64,000 bases of DNA from an uncultured Bacteriovoracaceae bacterium (lineage in GTDB: Bacteria; Bdellovibrionota; Bacteriovoracia; Bacteriovoracales; Bacteriovoracaceae): positions 12,147 to 76,146 of the forward strand of contig CAYNPO010000014.1 of the NCBI GenBank assembly GCA_964399165.1, given 5' to 3'. Positions 17,237-27,668 of the stretch are shown here, in pieces; position 1 is the first letter of the stretch; every line of letters begins with the position of its first letter. Position numbers and translations under genes: made by a program. The notes under the pieces were generated by a model. The model made no database searches. It saw nothing but the letters and a program-made list of their open reading frames with translations, and was not told where the DNA came from.

Positions 17237-18573
17237 AGGATTTTCCTGAAGACTGGCCGTGCGGGATCTCCGATGAGGAAATTCGCATAGCCTTGTTCCA
17301 AGCCTGCCGCATAGACGGGCAGGCAAGCCTCGAAGGCGGTGAGGAAAAAGGAGGTTTCGTTTTCTCCGTGGGAGAAGCACGGGACGAATACACCTTGGAA
17401 GAGGACGCCCCGTTTGATCATTTCTTGCATGAACAAGGTACGCAGGCCGGCGTCGGCGGCGCCTGTATTGTCTGTGAAGGCGAAGCCAAGCATCCAGGGG
17501 GTATCCGTTACCTTGATGGAAGAAGCCAAACCCGCTTTCGCGAGGGCAGCGCGAACGCCGTCTCTAACCTTCGCCCCGGCGGCGTGGTTGTGCGCGACCA
17601 CATTCTTCTCGCGGAATTCGGCGATGGTGGCGAGGCAGGCAGCCATAGCGTGGGTTTCGCCCCCGTGGGTAGAAGAAATGAGGAAGACTTTTTCCTGCCC
17701 ATGGCGGCGGATGCCACCCAACTCCATTATGTCTTTTTTGCCCGTCAGAGCACAGAACGAAAAGCCGTTGGCGATACCTTTACCCCAGGTAGCCAAGTCC
17801 GGCGCGAGGCGTCCCTTGGCGATGGAACCGGGAAAGGCTGTTTTGAAGCCGGTGATCATCTCGTCCATGATGGAGAGGGCACCGTAGCGGTGGCAGAGGC
17901 TGGTGATCTGGTCGAAGTAGTCAGGGGCGGGGGGATCGAACTGCGCGCGCTCCGGTTCCGAGATCACGCAGGCGATCTTTCCCGGGTGTTCCAGAAATAG
18001 CCTTTCCAGCGCCGCTAGGTCCCCAGAAGGGAAGGTGAAGGCCATTTCTTTCCAAGGGCCTGGCACTCCTCGATCGCAGGCGGTGCTGCCGATGAACCAA
18101 TCATCGTAGGAAAAGAACGGGTGGTCGGAGGGAAAAGCCACATGAGTGCGACCGGTGTGCGCCCGCGCCAGCTTGACTGCGGCGGTGGTAGCGGTGGAAC
18201 CGTTCTTGGCGAACTTGATCATGTCGTGGCCGGGTACCAGCGAGAGAAAACTCTCTGCCATGGTTTTCTCCAGAACCGATGGCCGCTGGAAATTTACCCC
18301 GTTTTCCAACTCGGCCCTCACCGCGTTGAGGACCGGCCGGTAGGCGTGGCCGAGACTCACGGAGGTGAGGCCCATCGAGCAGTCCAGAAACTTGTTGCCA
18401 TCCACGTCCCACAGCCAAGCCCCTTCACCGCGACGGATGGCGGCGGGTGCGAGCCAGGGGAACTGGTCGTCCCCCTTGCTGTAGGTGTGGGCACCACCAG
18501 GAATGAGGTCGTGTACACGCTCGCGGTAGGCGAACGAAGCGGTGAAGTTTTTTTCGCTCAGGAGGTCAGCCAC
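17233..18573 (-). CDS. Class-III PLP aminotransferase, glutamate-1-semialdehyde 2,1-aminomutase-like
   Basis: GTG start with AAGGGAG 5 nt upstream. DLIPGGAHTYSKG, DVDGNKFLD, IMDEMITGF and TWGKGIANG (PLP Lys) motifs. Confidence 0.8.
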   Translation of the reverse strand: MADLLSEKNFTASFAYRERVHDLIPGGAHTYSKGDDQFPWLAPAAIRRGEGAWLWDVDGNKFLDCSMGLTSVSLGHAYRPVLNAVRAELENGVNFQRPSVLEKTMAESFLSLVPGHDMIKFAKNGSTATTAAVKLARAHTGRTHVAFPSDHPFFSYDDWFIGSTACDRGVPGPWKEMAFTFPSGDLAALERLFLEHPGKIACVISEPERAQFDPPAPDYFDQITSLCHRYGALSIMDEMITGFKTAFPGSIAKGRLAPDLATWGKGIANGFSFCALTGKKDIMELGGIRRHGQEKVFLISSTHGGETHAMAACLATIAEFREKNVVAHNHAAGAKVRDGVRAALAKAGLASSIKVTDTPWMLGFAFTDNTGAADAGLRTLFMQEMIKRGVLFQGVFVPCFSHGENETSFFLTAFEACLPVYAAGLEQGYANFLIGDPARPVFRKIL

Positions 18574-19294
18574 GCATGCTCCCTTGGTTGCGCTCGTGGT
18601 GGTGGTTTAAGGCCCGAAGGCTCGCATCCTCCCGCAAGCTGCGGACGTAGTCCTCCCACGGGGCGTCGGGACCGTGCCGCTCCAGGAGTTTTTCCACCAA
18701 CTGGAGGTCTTCCGGCAAGTCGACCGTCATGCGCAGGCCTGAATCGTCCCGGGACTGCGTGACGTTGAGGATCGCGAAACCGTGAGCAGGATCTCGCAGG
18801 AACGGGGTTACGTGCTCGCGCTCGAAGGGGTGCTGGGCTTCCCGCCAGGCTTTCTCGAGGGCCTTGAAGGTGAATACTTCTGTGTCCAGACCGTCCGCGA
18901 ATGTCGGGGGGGCGATGTTGCTGGTGTAGTCTGCGCCCCCGTCAAGGTGGGCCTTCACTACGCGGTCCACCATGGAGCCATCATTCAACGGGCAGTCGGA
19001 AGTCACCCGCACCACGTGATCCACCCCCATGCCTGCCGCCGCCTGGTAAAAGCGATCCAAGACGTCTTGAGTCGATCCCCGGTATCCCAGAAATCCCGCT
19101 TGTCGGGCCTCTTCCGCGATCGCGGCGGCCTCGGGTTCCATTGTGGTGGCCACAAGGAAATGGGTGGGAAGACGGGCGCGCTTCAATCGCCTAAGGTGGA
19201 GGCTTAGCATGGTGCCATCCGCGATTTTCTGCAAAACTTTCCCGGGAAAACGGGAGGAGCCATAGCGGGCCTGGGTGATCAGTAAGATCTTCAC
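18566..19294 (-). CDS. SpsF-type cytidylyltransferase (CTP:sugar acid cytidylyltransferase family)
   Basis: GTGA overlap with the upstream gene. LITQARYGSSRFPGKVL and VRVTSDCPL motifs are typical of SpsF-like CMP-sugar synthetases. Confidence 0.75.
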   Translation of the reverse strand: MKILLITQARYGSSRFPGKVLQKIADGTMLSLHLRRLKRARLPTHFLVATTMEPEAAAIAEEARQAGFLGYRGSTQDVLDRFYQAAAGMGVDHVVRVTSDCPLNDGSMVDRVVKAHLDGGADYTSNIAPPTFADGLDTEVFTFKALEKAWREAQHPFEREHVTPFLRDPAHGFAILNVTQSRDDSGLRMTVDLPEDLQLVEKLLERHGPDAPWEDYVRSLREDASLRALNHHHERNQGSMRG

Positions 19295-20136
19295 GTGTTA
19301 GCCCACTGCCGGGGATCGATCACCCTCGGGTCGGTTTCTGCCAAGGAGGAGAAATCCGCTCGGGCGGCGGTGGCGAAGGCGGCATGCACTTGCTCAAGTT
19401 CACGCGCGGTGGTGGCACCCACCACCGCACAAGTAATGTGGGGATGGTTGGCGACGCAGCCTGCCGCAAGCGCGAGGGGGGAGGTTCCGAGGTCAAGTGC
19501 CCGGCGCTGGAATCGTTCGTGTGCCGCGCTCAGGATGGAGTTAGGTCGGGCGGGAGGGGCCAACAAGAGTCCCTGCAGGAAAATCGAACGTGCGTGGATC
19601 TCCACTCCACCGCGGGCGAGATTCGCCAGCAAACCCCCTTCGTCAAAAGATTGGTTGAGTGCGTTGTAAGGGAGTTGCACCAGGTCTGCTCCCACCTCGT
19701 CCATGATGCGGACGAGTTCGCGTGGTTCGTAGACCGAGACCCCGGTCATTTGCGCCAGGCCTTCGCCTTTGAGTCGGCGGAACATCTCCCGGTAGGCCTC
19801 CGGCTGCGCCAGCACGTCTGACGGGTCGTGCGCTAGAACAGCATGGAAACCCGCCACCCCAAGCGTCTGCGCGTCTGCCCGCATCTCTGCCTCGGCGGTG
19901 GACAGAGTTTTAAACTTGTTGATGAAGCGGAAGGGGCGGGGTGTGGGGAGTGAAGCGCCCAACACGGCCACCGCCTCACCGTAGACGTGGGATGTGTCCA
20001 ACGTGCGGATTCCCAATGTGCGGGCGCGCTCCAGCAGGCCAGCCGCGGCGGGGCCCGTCACCTGGCCTGCAGAATTGGTGATGCCGTAGGGGAGTCCCAG
20101 TTGGACCGTGCCCAGCACCAGCTCCATCAGAGGCAC
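19291..20136 (-). CDS. Aldo/keto reductase
   Basis: LGTVQLGLPYG and LDTSHVYGE motifs. The start is either GTG at 20136 or ATG at 20127 (TGATG junction). Confidence 0.75.
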   Translation of the reverse strand: MPLMELVLGTVQLGLPYGITNSAGQVTGPAAAGLLERARTLGIRTLDTSHVYGEAVAVLGASLPTPRPFRFINKFKTLSTAEAEMRADAQTLGVAGFHAVLAHDPSDVLAQPEAYREMFRRLKGEGLAQMTGVSVYEPRELVRIMDEVGADLVQLPYNALNQSFDEGGLLANLARGGVEIHARSIFLQGLLLAPPARPNSILSAAHERFQRRALDLGTSPLALAAGCVANHPHITCAVVGATTARELEQVHAAFATAARADFSSLAETDPRVIDPRQWANT

Positions 20137-21209
20137 TTCAGGACGGCGGCAACCACCTTGTCTTGGCTGGCTTCGTCCAAGTAGGGGTGCATAGGAAGAC
20201 TGACCACGCGCTCCGCGGCCCGCTCGGCGTGCGGGAAATCTCCCTTCTTGTGCCCCATTCCCCGATAAACCGGCTGGAGGTGCAAGGGCGTGGGGTAATG
20301 GACGGCCGTGGGGATGCCCAGCTCCGTCATGCGCTTGATGAATCCCTCGCGGTCGTCTACCTCGATGGTGTACTGGCCATAGACGTTGGTGTAGCCGGCG
20401 GGCAGGGCCTGGGTGCGCGCTTTCCCCTTGAGAAGTTCCGTGTAGCGTGCGCCGATGCGTGCACGCTTCTCGACTTCCGCGGGGAAGATTTCCATCTTCG
20501 CCAGCAAGATAGCCGCCTGGAGCGTGTCGATGCGGCCATTGATGCCAATACGGGTATGGTGGTAGCGCTTTTCCTGCCCGTGCAGGCGGATCTCACGCAT
20601 CGCCTGCGCCAGAGCGTCGTCATCGGTGAAGGTAGCACCGCCGTCCCCATAACCGCCCAATGGCTTAGATGGGAAGAAGCTGGTGCAGCCGAACTTCGAG
20701 AGCGCGCAGGACTTCTTGCCTTTGTAAGTGGCTCCGAAGCTTTGGGCGGCGTCCTCGATGACGGGAAGCGCCCCGGCAGCGGCATCGAGGGCATCCATGT
20801 CTGGGCATAGTCCATAGAGGCTGACAGGCATGATGGCCTTGGTGCGTGGAGTGATCGCGCCTTGGACCCGGGCGGGATCAATGTTGTAAGTCGTGGGGTC
20901 AATGTCCACGAACACTGGCTTGGCGCCTGCCAACGAAATCATTTCCCCCGTGGCGAAGAAGGTAAATGGCGTGGTGATCACCTCATCGCCTGCGCCGATG
21001 CCCAGGGCCATAAGGGGGAGGAGCAGTGCGTCAGTTCCGCTTGAATTAGCGATGCAATGCTTAGCTCCCACATATTTCGCCAATTTATCCTCGAGCTCTT
21101 TGACTTCAGGCCCCATGATGTACTGGCCGTGCGCCAAAACACGTTGGATCCCCTCGTTGAGAGCGCCCGAGATGAGTTTCTGCTGGGTCTTCAGATCGAT
21201 GAATTCCAT
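20127..21209 (-). CDS. wbpE: DegT/DnrJ/EryC1-family aminotransferase, WbpE/WlbC-like (UDP-2-acetamido-2-deoxy-3-oxo-glucuronate aminotransferase)
   Basis: The likely start is the ATG giving MEFIDLKTQQ (21209); the track start at 21251 is TTG. GPEVKELEDKLAKYVGAKH and FFPSKPLGGYGDGG (PLP Lys). Confidence 0.8.
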   Translation of the reverse strand: MEFIDLKTQQKLISGALNEGIQRVLAHGQYIMGPEVKELEDKLAKYVGAKHCIANSSGTDALLLPLMALGIGAGDEVITTPFTFFATGEMISLAGAKPVFVDIDPTTYNIDPARVQGAITPRTKAIMPVSLYGLCPDMDALDAAAGALPVIEDAAQSFGATYKGKKSCALSKFGCTSFFPSKPLGGYGDGGATFTDDDALAQAMREIRLHGQEKRYHHTRIGINGRIDTLQAAILLAKMEIFPAEVEKRARIGARYTELLKGKARTQALPAGYTNVYGQYTIEVDDREGFIKRMTELGIPTAVHYPTPLHLQPVYRGMGHKKGDFPHAERAAERVVSLPMHPYLDEASQDKVVAAVLKCL

Positions 21210-21271
21210 GGCGTTTTTCCCTCTGGAAAGGCTAGTATCTGACTCTCGCAATCCGTGAAGGGAGTGTCTAG

Positions 21272-22234
21272 ATGAAGAATTTCGCCGTTATCGGGGTGGG
21301 CGGTTATATTGCCCCCCGCCACCTGGAAGCGATCGTAAAAACCGGCAACCGGATCGTGGCCGCACTAGACCCCAACGACTCCGTCGGCATCTTGGACCGC
21401 TTCGCCCCCGACGCCCGCTTTTTCACCAGCCCTGAGGATTTCGAGGCTTACCTCCAAGACATCAAGGGGACCGGGGATGAAGTCCATTTCGTCAGCATCT
21501 GCTCCCCCAATCATCTCCACGCTAGCCACATCAAGATGGCCTTCCGCCACGGCGCCAACGCCATTTGCGAGAAGCCCATCGTACTGACCATCGACGAGAT
21601 CGAGGAACTCAAGGGTCTGGAGAAACAGACTGGGTGCCAGGTCTACACCATTCTCCAGCTGCGCGTTCACGACGCCATCCTGGCACTCAAGAACAAGATC
21701 GCGCGGTCAGGCAAGGCCATCCACGACATCGAGCTGACCTACATCACCTCCCGCGGTGACTGGTACCACCGTTCTTGGAAGGGAGACGACCGCAAGTCCG
21801 GTGGGCTCACCACCAACATTGGGGTGCACTTCTTCGACATGATCACCTGGATCTTCGGACACCCCTCCTCCAGCCGCGTGATGGCCAAGACCCAGACGTG
21901 CGCCGCCGGGGCGCTGGAGCTTGAGCGCGCCAGCGTGAAATGGTTCCTTTCCGTGGACCGTGCGCACTTGCCTCCCCAGGCAGGCTCGAAGACCACCTTC
22001 CGTAGCCTCAAGATCGACGGTGAGGAGTTTGAATTCTCCGAGGGGTTCACCGACCTGCATGTGGTGGTCTACAAGTCCATCCTCGGCGGAATGGGGTACG
22101 GTCTCAACGACGTCTCCCCCGCCATCCGAATCGTGGAAGGTATCCGCCACATGGAGCCAGAGCGCTCCGATGAGGTTTTCTTGCACTCGCTTGCGGGCGG
22201 TTGTCACGAACGCCACGTCACTGCCAGCTGGTGA
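21272..22234 (+). CDS. wbpB: Gfo/Idh/MocA oxidoreductase, WbpB/WlbA-like (UDP-GlcNAcA 3-dehydrogenase)
   Basis: SD GAAGGGAG upstream. [23 protein letters not shown] and YITSRGDWY. Divergent from the wbpE-like gene. Confidence 0.8.
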   Translation: MKNFAVIGVGGYIAPRHLEAIVKTGNRIVAALDPNDSVGILDRFAPDARFFTSPEDFEAYLQDIKGTGDEVHFVSICSPNHLHASHIKMAFRHGANAICEKPIVLTIDEIEELKGLEKQTGCQVYTILQLRVHDAILALKNKIARSGKAIHDIELTYITSRGDWYHRSWKGDDRKSGGLTTNIGVHFFDMITWIFGHPSSSRVMAKTQTCAAGALELERASVKWFLSVDRAHLPPQAGSKTTFRSLKIDGEEFEFSEGFTDLHVVVYKSILGGMGYGLNDVSPAIRIVEGIRHMEPERSDEVFLHSLAGGCHERHVTASW

Positions 22235-22239
22235 GCGTC

Positions 22240-22809
22240 ATGGCCTACCAAGCGCACCCCACCGCCATCATCGATGAGGGGGCCCAGGTGGGCGACGGGT
22301 GCCGGGTGTGGCATTGGGTCCACATTTCAGCCAAGGCCAAGATCGGCAAGAGCTGCTCCTTCGGACAGAACGTCTTTGTAGGCAACAACGTTACGATTGG
22401 CGACAACTGCAAAATCCAGAACAACGTCTCGATCTACGACAACGTTCACCTCGAGAGCGACGTTTTCTGTGGTCCCAGCATGGTCTTCACAAACGTCTAT
22501 AACCCGCGCTCCCAGTTCACGCGCAAGGACGAGTACCGCGACACACACGTGAAAAAGGGTGCCACCATCGGCGCCAATGCCACCGTCGTGTGCGGCGTGA
22601 CCTTGGGCGAGTATTGCTTCATCGCTGCTGGCGCGGTGGTGAACCGCGACGTTCGGCCCTACGCCCTCATGGGCGGCGTGCCCGCGCGGCAGCTGGGATG
22701 GATGAGCCGCTTCGGTGAACGCATCAAGTTCGGCGCCGACGGTTCCTACACCTGCCCCCACACCGGGGACGTCTATCGTTTGCGGGGCGACCATGTGGAG
22801 CTGGGCTGA
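22240..22809 (+). CDS. wbpD: Hexapeptide-repeat N-acetyltransferase, WbpD/WlbB-like
   Basis: ATG at 22240, 5 nt after the wbpB stop (the track start at 22201 overlaps wbpB). Left-handed beta-helix repeats [35 protein letters not shown]. Confidence 0.8.
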   Translation: MAYQAHPTAIIDEGAQVGDGCRVWHWVHISAKAKIGKSCSFGQNVFVGNNVTIGDNCKIQNNVSIYDNVHLESDVFCGPSMVFTNVYNPRSQFTRKDEYRDTHVKKGATIGANATVVCGVTLGEYCFIAAGAVVNRDVRPYALMGGVPARQLGWMSRFGERIKFGADGSYTCPHTGDVYRLRGDHVELG

Positions 22810-24526
22810 GCTGAAGCGGGCACCTAGCCTCGTCCGCGAGGTTCTTACGGTCATGGGTGAGCGTGTTTCGCGGCTGATGGTCTTCTCCGTGGTCCTTGGG
22901 GTGAGCTGGTCCTTCCTTGAGGCTGGATTCGCCATGATCCTCCAGGGTTTTCTTGTGGCCATCGGTTTGGTGCCACGGGAGAACTCCCTTCTCCCGGTTT
23001 GGTACCCTGCCGACTTGCCGTCTTGCCTCGCTTTCCTAGCGGTGGCCGGGTTAGCCAAGGCGCTATTGGTTGTCTTGAAGAGCTACGCCCGCACCGCTGC
23101 CTCAAACATGTTCCTGTACCAGCAGCGCAAGCGCTTTTTCCGGCACGCCATGGCCAATGCTGCGTCGGAATCAACCCAAAAGATCTCCTCGTTCCTCTCT
23201 GACACGGTTTCAAAATCTGGGGGCTTTGCCTCCGCGGCCGTGACAGGCTTGGCGTCAACCGTAACTGCCGTCCTGGTCCTGGTCCTGTGTTTCGGGGTCG
23301 CGCCCCGTCACACTCTGCTTGCTCTCGTCATCTCGGCCGTTGCGCTGATTCCGTTCCAATGGTTGGCGCGAAAGGTTGGGACGCTGGGGCAGGAGGCGAA
23401 GAAGAGCAGCCATCAAGCGTGGCAAGTGATCCTGCAGAGTTTTCGTAACTATTTCTTCTTGCGCCTCACCGGCACCACCACTGGAGCGGTCAAGGAAGTC
23501 GATCGCGAACTTCTCGCCTATTACCGCCTGAACCAATCCTACTCGCTCCTTGCCGCTCTACGGGCAGGTTTGCCGCACGCCCTGGGCGTATTGGTCGTGG
23601 TGGCCGTGAGCATACTGGAGCACGGCTCGCCGGACTTCCGTCCCGCGGTGCTGCTGTCTTTCGTCTATCTCTTCACGCGTTTCGCTGGGCTGCTTTCCGA
23701 AGTCAACGCGAGCTCGGTCAGCATGCGTTTCTTGTGGCCCAACTTCCGGGAGATGCTCGAGCGTTACCGGCACGGCTTTCCGGATGCTGAACCGGCGGAC
23801 ACCGCTTCCGGGGTCGCCAGGTCGGGTGAGACTCAGCTTTCTATCCGCTTGGAAGATGTTTGGTATCGCTACCCCTCCTCAGAGCGTTACGTGCTGGAGG
23901 CGCTGTCTTTGGAGTTCCGCGAAGGCGAGGCACTGATGCTCAAGGGCGAATCGGGGGTGGGCAAAAGCACGCTCGTTGCGATTCTCTTGGGAGTTTTACG
24001 TCCCACCCGTGGCCGCGTGTTGCTGAATGGACGTGAGGTACCGGACATGTTGCCTGAGCTTTCGCGCCTGGTTGGTTATGTCGGGCCAGAGCCCTACATG
24101 GTCACGGGAACCGTTCGCGAGAATCTGATGTACGGGTTGCCGCCGGAAGAAACTTCGTGCCTCACTGACGACGACCTGTACGCAGCCCTCACCACCGCCC
24201 GTGCCGCAGACTTCGTGAACGCTTTCCCCCGCCGCCTGGATGAGCACATGCATGAGCATGTTCAGCTCTCCACCGGCCAGCGCCAGCGCCTTTCGATCGC
24301 TCGCGCTCTGCTGCGCAAGCCGCGCGTGTTGGTGTTGGACGAGGCGACCGCAAATTTGGACCGAGCCACCGAGCTGGCACTGATAAAGGATTTTGAATCT
24401 TTGCTCAAGCAAGGTGTGGGTCTTCTGATCGTCACGCACCGGGATAGCTTCGATGACCTAGCAACGAAGAAAGTGTTAATGGAACGTTCCGTCCTCGTCA
24501 TGGTGGACGAAAAACAAGTGCATTGA
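22793..24526 (+). CDS. Fused TMD-NBD ABC exporter (MsbA/PglK-like; candidate lipid-linked glycan flippase/exporter)
   Basis: Start chosen at the ATG giving [11 protein letters not shown], a 17-nt overlap with wbpD. Six hydrophobic segments, Walker [10 protein letters not shown], signature [16 protein letters not shown], Walker [13 protein letters not shown]. Confidence 0.85.
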   Translation: MWSWAELKRAPSLVREVLTVMGERVSRLMVFSVVLGVSWSFLEAGFAMILQGFLVAIGLVPRENSLLPVWYPADLPSCLAFLAVAGLAKALLVVLKSYARTAASNMFLYQQRKRFFRHAMANAASESTQKISSFLSDTVSKSGGFASAAVTGLASTVTAVLVLVLCFGVAPRHTLLALVISAVALIPFQWLARKVGTLGQEAKKSSHQAWQVILQSFRNYFFLRLTGTTTGAVKEVDRELLAYYRLNQSYSLLAALRAGLPHALGVLVVVAVSILEHGSPDFRPAVLLSFVYLFTRFAGLLSEVNASSVSMRFLWPNFREMLERYRHGFPDAEPADTASGVARSGETQLSIRLEDVWYRYPSSERYVLEALSLEFREGEALMLKGESGVGKSTLVAILLGVLRPTRGRVLLNGREVPDMLPELSRLVGYVGPEPYMVTGTVRENLMYGLPPEETSCLTDDDLYAALTTARAADFVNAFPRRLDEHMHEHVQLSTGQRQRLSIARALLRKPRVLVLDEATANLDRATELALIKDFESLLKQGVGLLIVTHRDSFDDLATKKVLMERSVLVMVDEKQVH

Positions 24527-24536
24527 GGGTTTTCGC

Positions 24537-25547
24537 ATGGAACTGAAAGGCAAACGTTTCTTGGTCATCGGCGGCGCTGGCTTCATCGGTTCCCACGTGG
24601 TGGACCAACTACTTCAGGAGGACGTGAAAGAAGTCGTGATCTACGACAACTTCTTCCGGGGCCGACAGGACAACATCGAGCGCGCCTTGCGTGACCCCCG
24701 CTGTACCCTCTTCCCCCATGGCGGCGACATTCTTTACCCGGACATCTTGGCTAAAGCGATGGAAGGCATAGATGGAGTTTTCCACCTAGCCGCCCTGTGG
24801 ATTCTCCAGTGCCACGAGTATCCTCGCACCGCCTTCGAGGTGAACGTGCAGGGCACCTATAACGTGATCGAGGCTGTGATCAAGACAGGTGTCAAGCGCG
24901 TGGTCTACTCCTCCAGCGCCTCCGTCTACGGCAACGCCCTCGAACTCCCCATGACCGAGGACCACCCCTACAACAACTTCACCTTCTATGGCGCCAGCAA
25001 GATCGCCGGCGAGCACTTCTTCAAATCGCTGGCCGACCGCTATAAGTTCGAGTGGGCGGGCCTGCGCTACATGAACGTCTACGGTCAGCGCCAGGACTAC
25101 ACCGGCGCCTACACCGCGGTCATGCACAAGGTGCTGGACCGGATCGAGGCGGGCCAGCGCCCCCAGGTCTACGGGGACGGCAGCCAGCAGTACGACTTCA
25201 TCTCCGTTGAGGACATCGCCCGTTGTAACATCCTGGCGATGAAGGCCCAGGTTTCCGGAGAATGTTATAACGTGGGACGCGGCATCGGCACCTCCATCAA
25301 GGAGCTCACCGAAGTCCTGCTCAAGATCACCAAATCCAAGCTTGAGATCGAGTACATGCCACAAGGGCTGACCTTCGTCACCAACCGCATTGGCTGCCCC
25401 GAGAAGGCTAAGAAGGATCTGGGCTTCGAGTGGAAGATCGACCTGGACGAGGGCATGCGCCGGCTTGTGGAGTGGCGTGACGCCGACCGAGCGGGCCTGG
25501 AGGCTCGCCGTACCCAGGTGAAAGGGGTGGGCCATGACAACCGTTAA
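24537..25547 (+). CDS. NAD-dependent epimerase/dehydratase (SDR)
   Basis: VIGGAGFIGSHVVDQL, SSSASVYG and YGASKIAGE. Confidence 0.8.
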   Translation: MELKGKRFLVIGGAGFIGSHVVDQLLQEDVKEVVIYDNFFRGRQDNIERALRDPRCTLFPHGGDILYPDILAKAMEGIDGVFHLAALWILQCHEYPRTAFEVNVQGTYNVIEAVIKTGVKRVVYSSSASVYGNALELPMTEDHPYNNFTFYGASKIAGEHFFKSLADRYKFEWAGLRYMNVYGQRQDYTGAYTAVMHKVLDRIEAGQRPQVYGDGSQQYDFISVEDIARCNILAMKAQVSGECYNVGRGIGTSIKELTEVLLKITKSKLEIEYMPQGLTFVTNRIGCPEKAKKDLGFEWKIDLDEGMRRLVEWRDADRAGLEARRTQVKGVGHDNR

Positions 25548-26688
25548 GCGAAACATTCCCATCGCCGTGCCGTGCACGGGCGAGGAGGAGTGGCTCGCCA
25601 CCCGTGACGTCTTCATGAGCGGCTGGCTGACCCAAGGTCCCAAGGTCAAGGAGTTCGAGGAGAAGTTTGCGGCACGCCATGGTGCCAAGCACGCTCTAGC
25701 TACCACCTCGTGCACCACCGCCCTCCACCTAGGGCTCGCCGCCATGGGCGTGGGCCCGGGCGACGAGGTCATCGTGCCCTCATTCACCTGGGTTGCCACT
25801 GCCAACGTGGCACTCTACTGCGGTGCCACTCCGGTGTTTGCCGACGTGGACCCGCTCACAAATAACATCGACCCCCGCGGATTGAAGAAGCTCCGTACCG
25901 CCCGCACCAAAGCCGTGATCCCGGTGCACCTGTTCGGACTATGTGCCGACGTGGATGCGGTCAAGGACGAGCTTCCTGGAGTGAAAGTGCTGGAAGACTG
26001 CGCCTGCGCCGCCGGCGCCACCTACAAAGGTCGCCACGCAGGCACGCTGGGGGAGATGGGGGCGTTCTCGCTCCATCCGCGTAAGTCCGTCACCACCGGT
26101 GAGGGGGGCGTTCTCACGACCAATGATACCGCTTTGTTTGAGCTGGCGGACAGCCTGCGCAACCACGGTGCCTCCATCTCGGAAGAACAGCGCCACAAGG
26201 GCCCGCGTCCGTACCTGCTGCCTGAGTTCAACGTCATGGGCTTCAACTACCGCATGACGGATTTCCAGGGCGCGGTGGGCACCGTGCAGCTCTCCAAACT
26301 GGACCGCTTCATTGACGAGCGCGACCATTGGGCCGCCTACTACCGTCGCGAGCTCGCTTCCATTCCCTGGCTGCGTACGCCGGAAGCCCCCAAGGGCTGG
26401 CGCCACGCCTGGCAGGCTTATGTGACCATGGTGGACCCCGCCAAGGCGCCCATGCCGCGAAACGAGATCATGGAACGACTCCAGGCCAAAGGCATCGCCA
26501 CGCGCCCGGGCACCCACGCCATCCACGCTCTGGGTTTCTACCGTGAGAAGTACGGCCTTAAGACCTCCGACTTTCCCGGCGCCTGGCTGTGCGACCAGCA
26601 GACGCTGGCGATCCCGCTTCATAACAAGATGACCGAGGAGGACTACGCCTGGGTCGTCGCTTCCCTCAAAGAGATTGAAAAGCTATGA
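25534..26688 (+). CDS. DegT/DnrJ/EryC1-family aminotransferase
   Basis: GWLTQGPKVKEFEEKFA, DEVIVPSFTWVATAN and FSLHPRKSVTTGEGG (PLP Lys). 14-nt overlap with the upstream gene. Confidence 0.85.
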   Translation: MTTVKRNIPIAVPCTGEEEWLATRDVFMSGWLTQGPKVKEFEEKFAARHGAKHALATTSCTTALHLGLAAMGVGPGDEVIVPSFTWVATANVALYCGATPVFADVDPLTNNIDPRGLKKLRTARTKAVIPVHLFGLCADVDAVKDELPGVKVLEDCACAAGATYKGRHAGTLGEMGAFSLHPRKSVTTGEGGVLTTNDTALFELADSLRNHGASISEEQRHKGPRPYLLPEFNVMGFNYRMTDFQGAVGTVQLSKLDRFIDERDHWAAYYRRELASIPWLRTPEAPKGWRHAWQAYVTMVDPAKAPMPRNEIMERLQAKGIATRPGTHAIHALGFYREKYGLKTSDFPGAWLCDQQTLAIPLHNKMTEEDYAWVVASLKEIEKL

Positions 26689-27665
26689 AACGCGGTGAAA
26701 TCGCCACGATTCTCACAGGCCACGGATTGATGCAGTTTCGCGATAACCTCTTCGTGGCGCGCCCGCAGATGGGCATGGAACAAGGGCAGACCGCCGACTC
26801 GTTTTCCTTTAAGTGGAAGAATCTCGACGCCGCAAGCGAGGCTTACCGCAAGGCGGACCAGTTTCAACGGGAATGGTTCTTGAAGCTTTACGGGTACAGC
26901 GATGAGGCGGACTTGCGTGCGACGGTCTCGCGGCGCCGGGTGATCCTAGACGCCGGTTGTGGCAAGGGTTACAAGGCGGCGTGGATGGCGGAAATGGCGC
27001 CTGAGGCCCTGGTCCTGGGTGTCGACATTTCGGATTCCGTGCGTGGAGCAGCCGAGCACTACGCCCATTTGCCCAACCTGGCTTTCATCCAAGCTGACCT
27101 CGGAACCATGCCGTTCCTGGCGGACGGGGCCTGCGATTACGTCTATTGCGACCAAGTCATCATGCACACCACCGACCCGGAAGCCACCTTTCGTGAACTC
27201 TGCCGGGTGACCGGTCCGGGGGGTGAGGTTCTCACCTACGTGTACCGCAAGAAAGCTCTGCCGAGGGAGCTCCTCGATGACCATTTCCGGCTGCACACTC
27301 ATGACATTTCACACGACGACATGATGGAATTCTCGCGCCAACTCACGGAGCTGGGGAAGTTGCTGGAGGACAATTTTGGCGATCGACCGCTGGACTTTCC
27401 CGCCATCCCGATGCTGGGGATTGAGGCCGGGAAGATGTCGGTGCAACGCTTCCTCTACTGGAACTTCCTAAAGTGTTTCTGGAACCCAACCCTGGGGCAT
27501 GATGTTTCCACTCTCACGAACTTTGACTGGTATTCCCCGTCTCAAGCCCGGCGTTATACCAAGGAAGAATTTCTGGGATGGATCAGCTCCAACGGATTGG
27601 GGACGGCCCACTTCCACCAAGAGGAAGCCTGCTACAGTGGGCGCTTCCTCAAATCAGGACTCTGA
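26685..27665 (+). CDS. Class I SAM-dependent methyltransferase
   Basis: ATGA overlap with the upstream gene. SAM motif VILDAGCGKGYKA and YVYCDQVIMHT. Confidence 0.75.
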   Translation: MKRGEIATILTGHGLMQFRDNLFVARPQMGMEQGQTADSFSFKWKNLDAASEAYRKADQFQREWFLKLYGYSDEADLRATVSRRRVILDAGCGKGYKAAWMAEMAPEALVLGVDISDSVRGAAEHYAHLPNLAFIQADLGTMPFLADGACDYVYCDQVIMHTTDPEATFRELCRVTGPGGEVLTYVYRKKALPRELLDDHFRLHTHDISHDDMMEFSRQLTELGKLLEDNFGDRPLDFPAIPMLGIEAGKMSVQRFLYWNFLKCFWNPTLGHDVSTLTNFDWYSPSQARRYTKEEFLGWISSNGLGTAHFHQEEACYSGRFLKSGL

Positions 27666-27668
27666 CCA

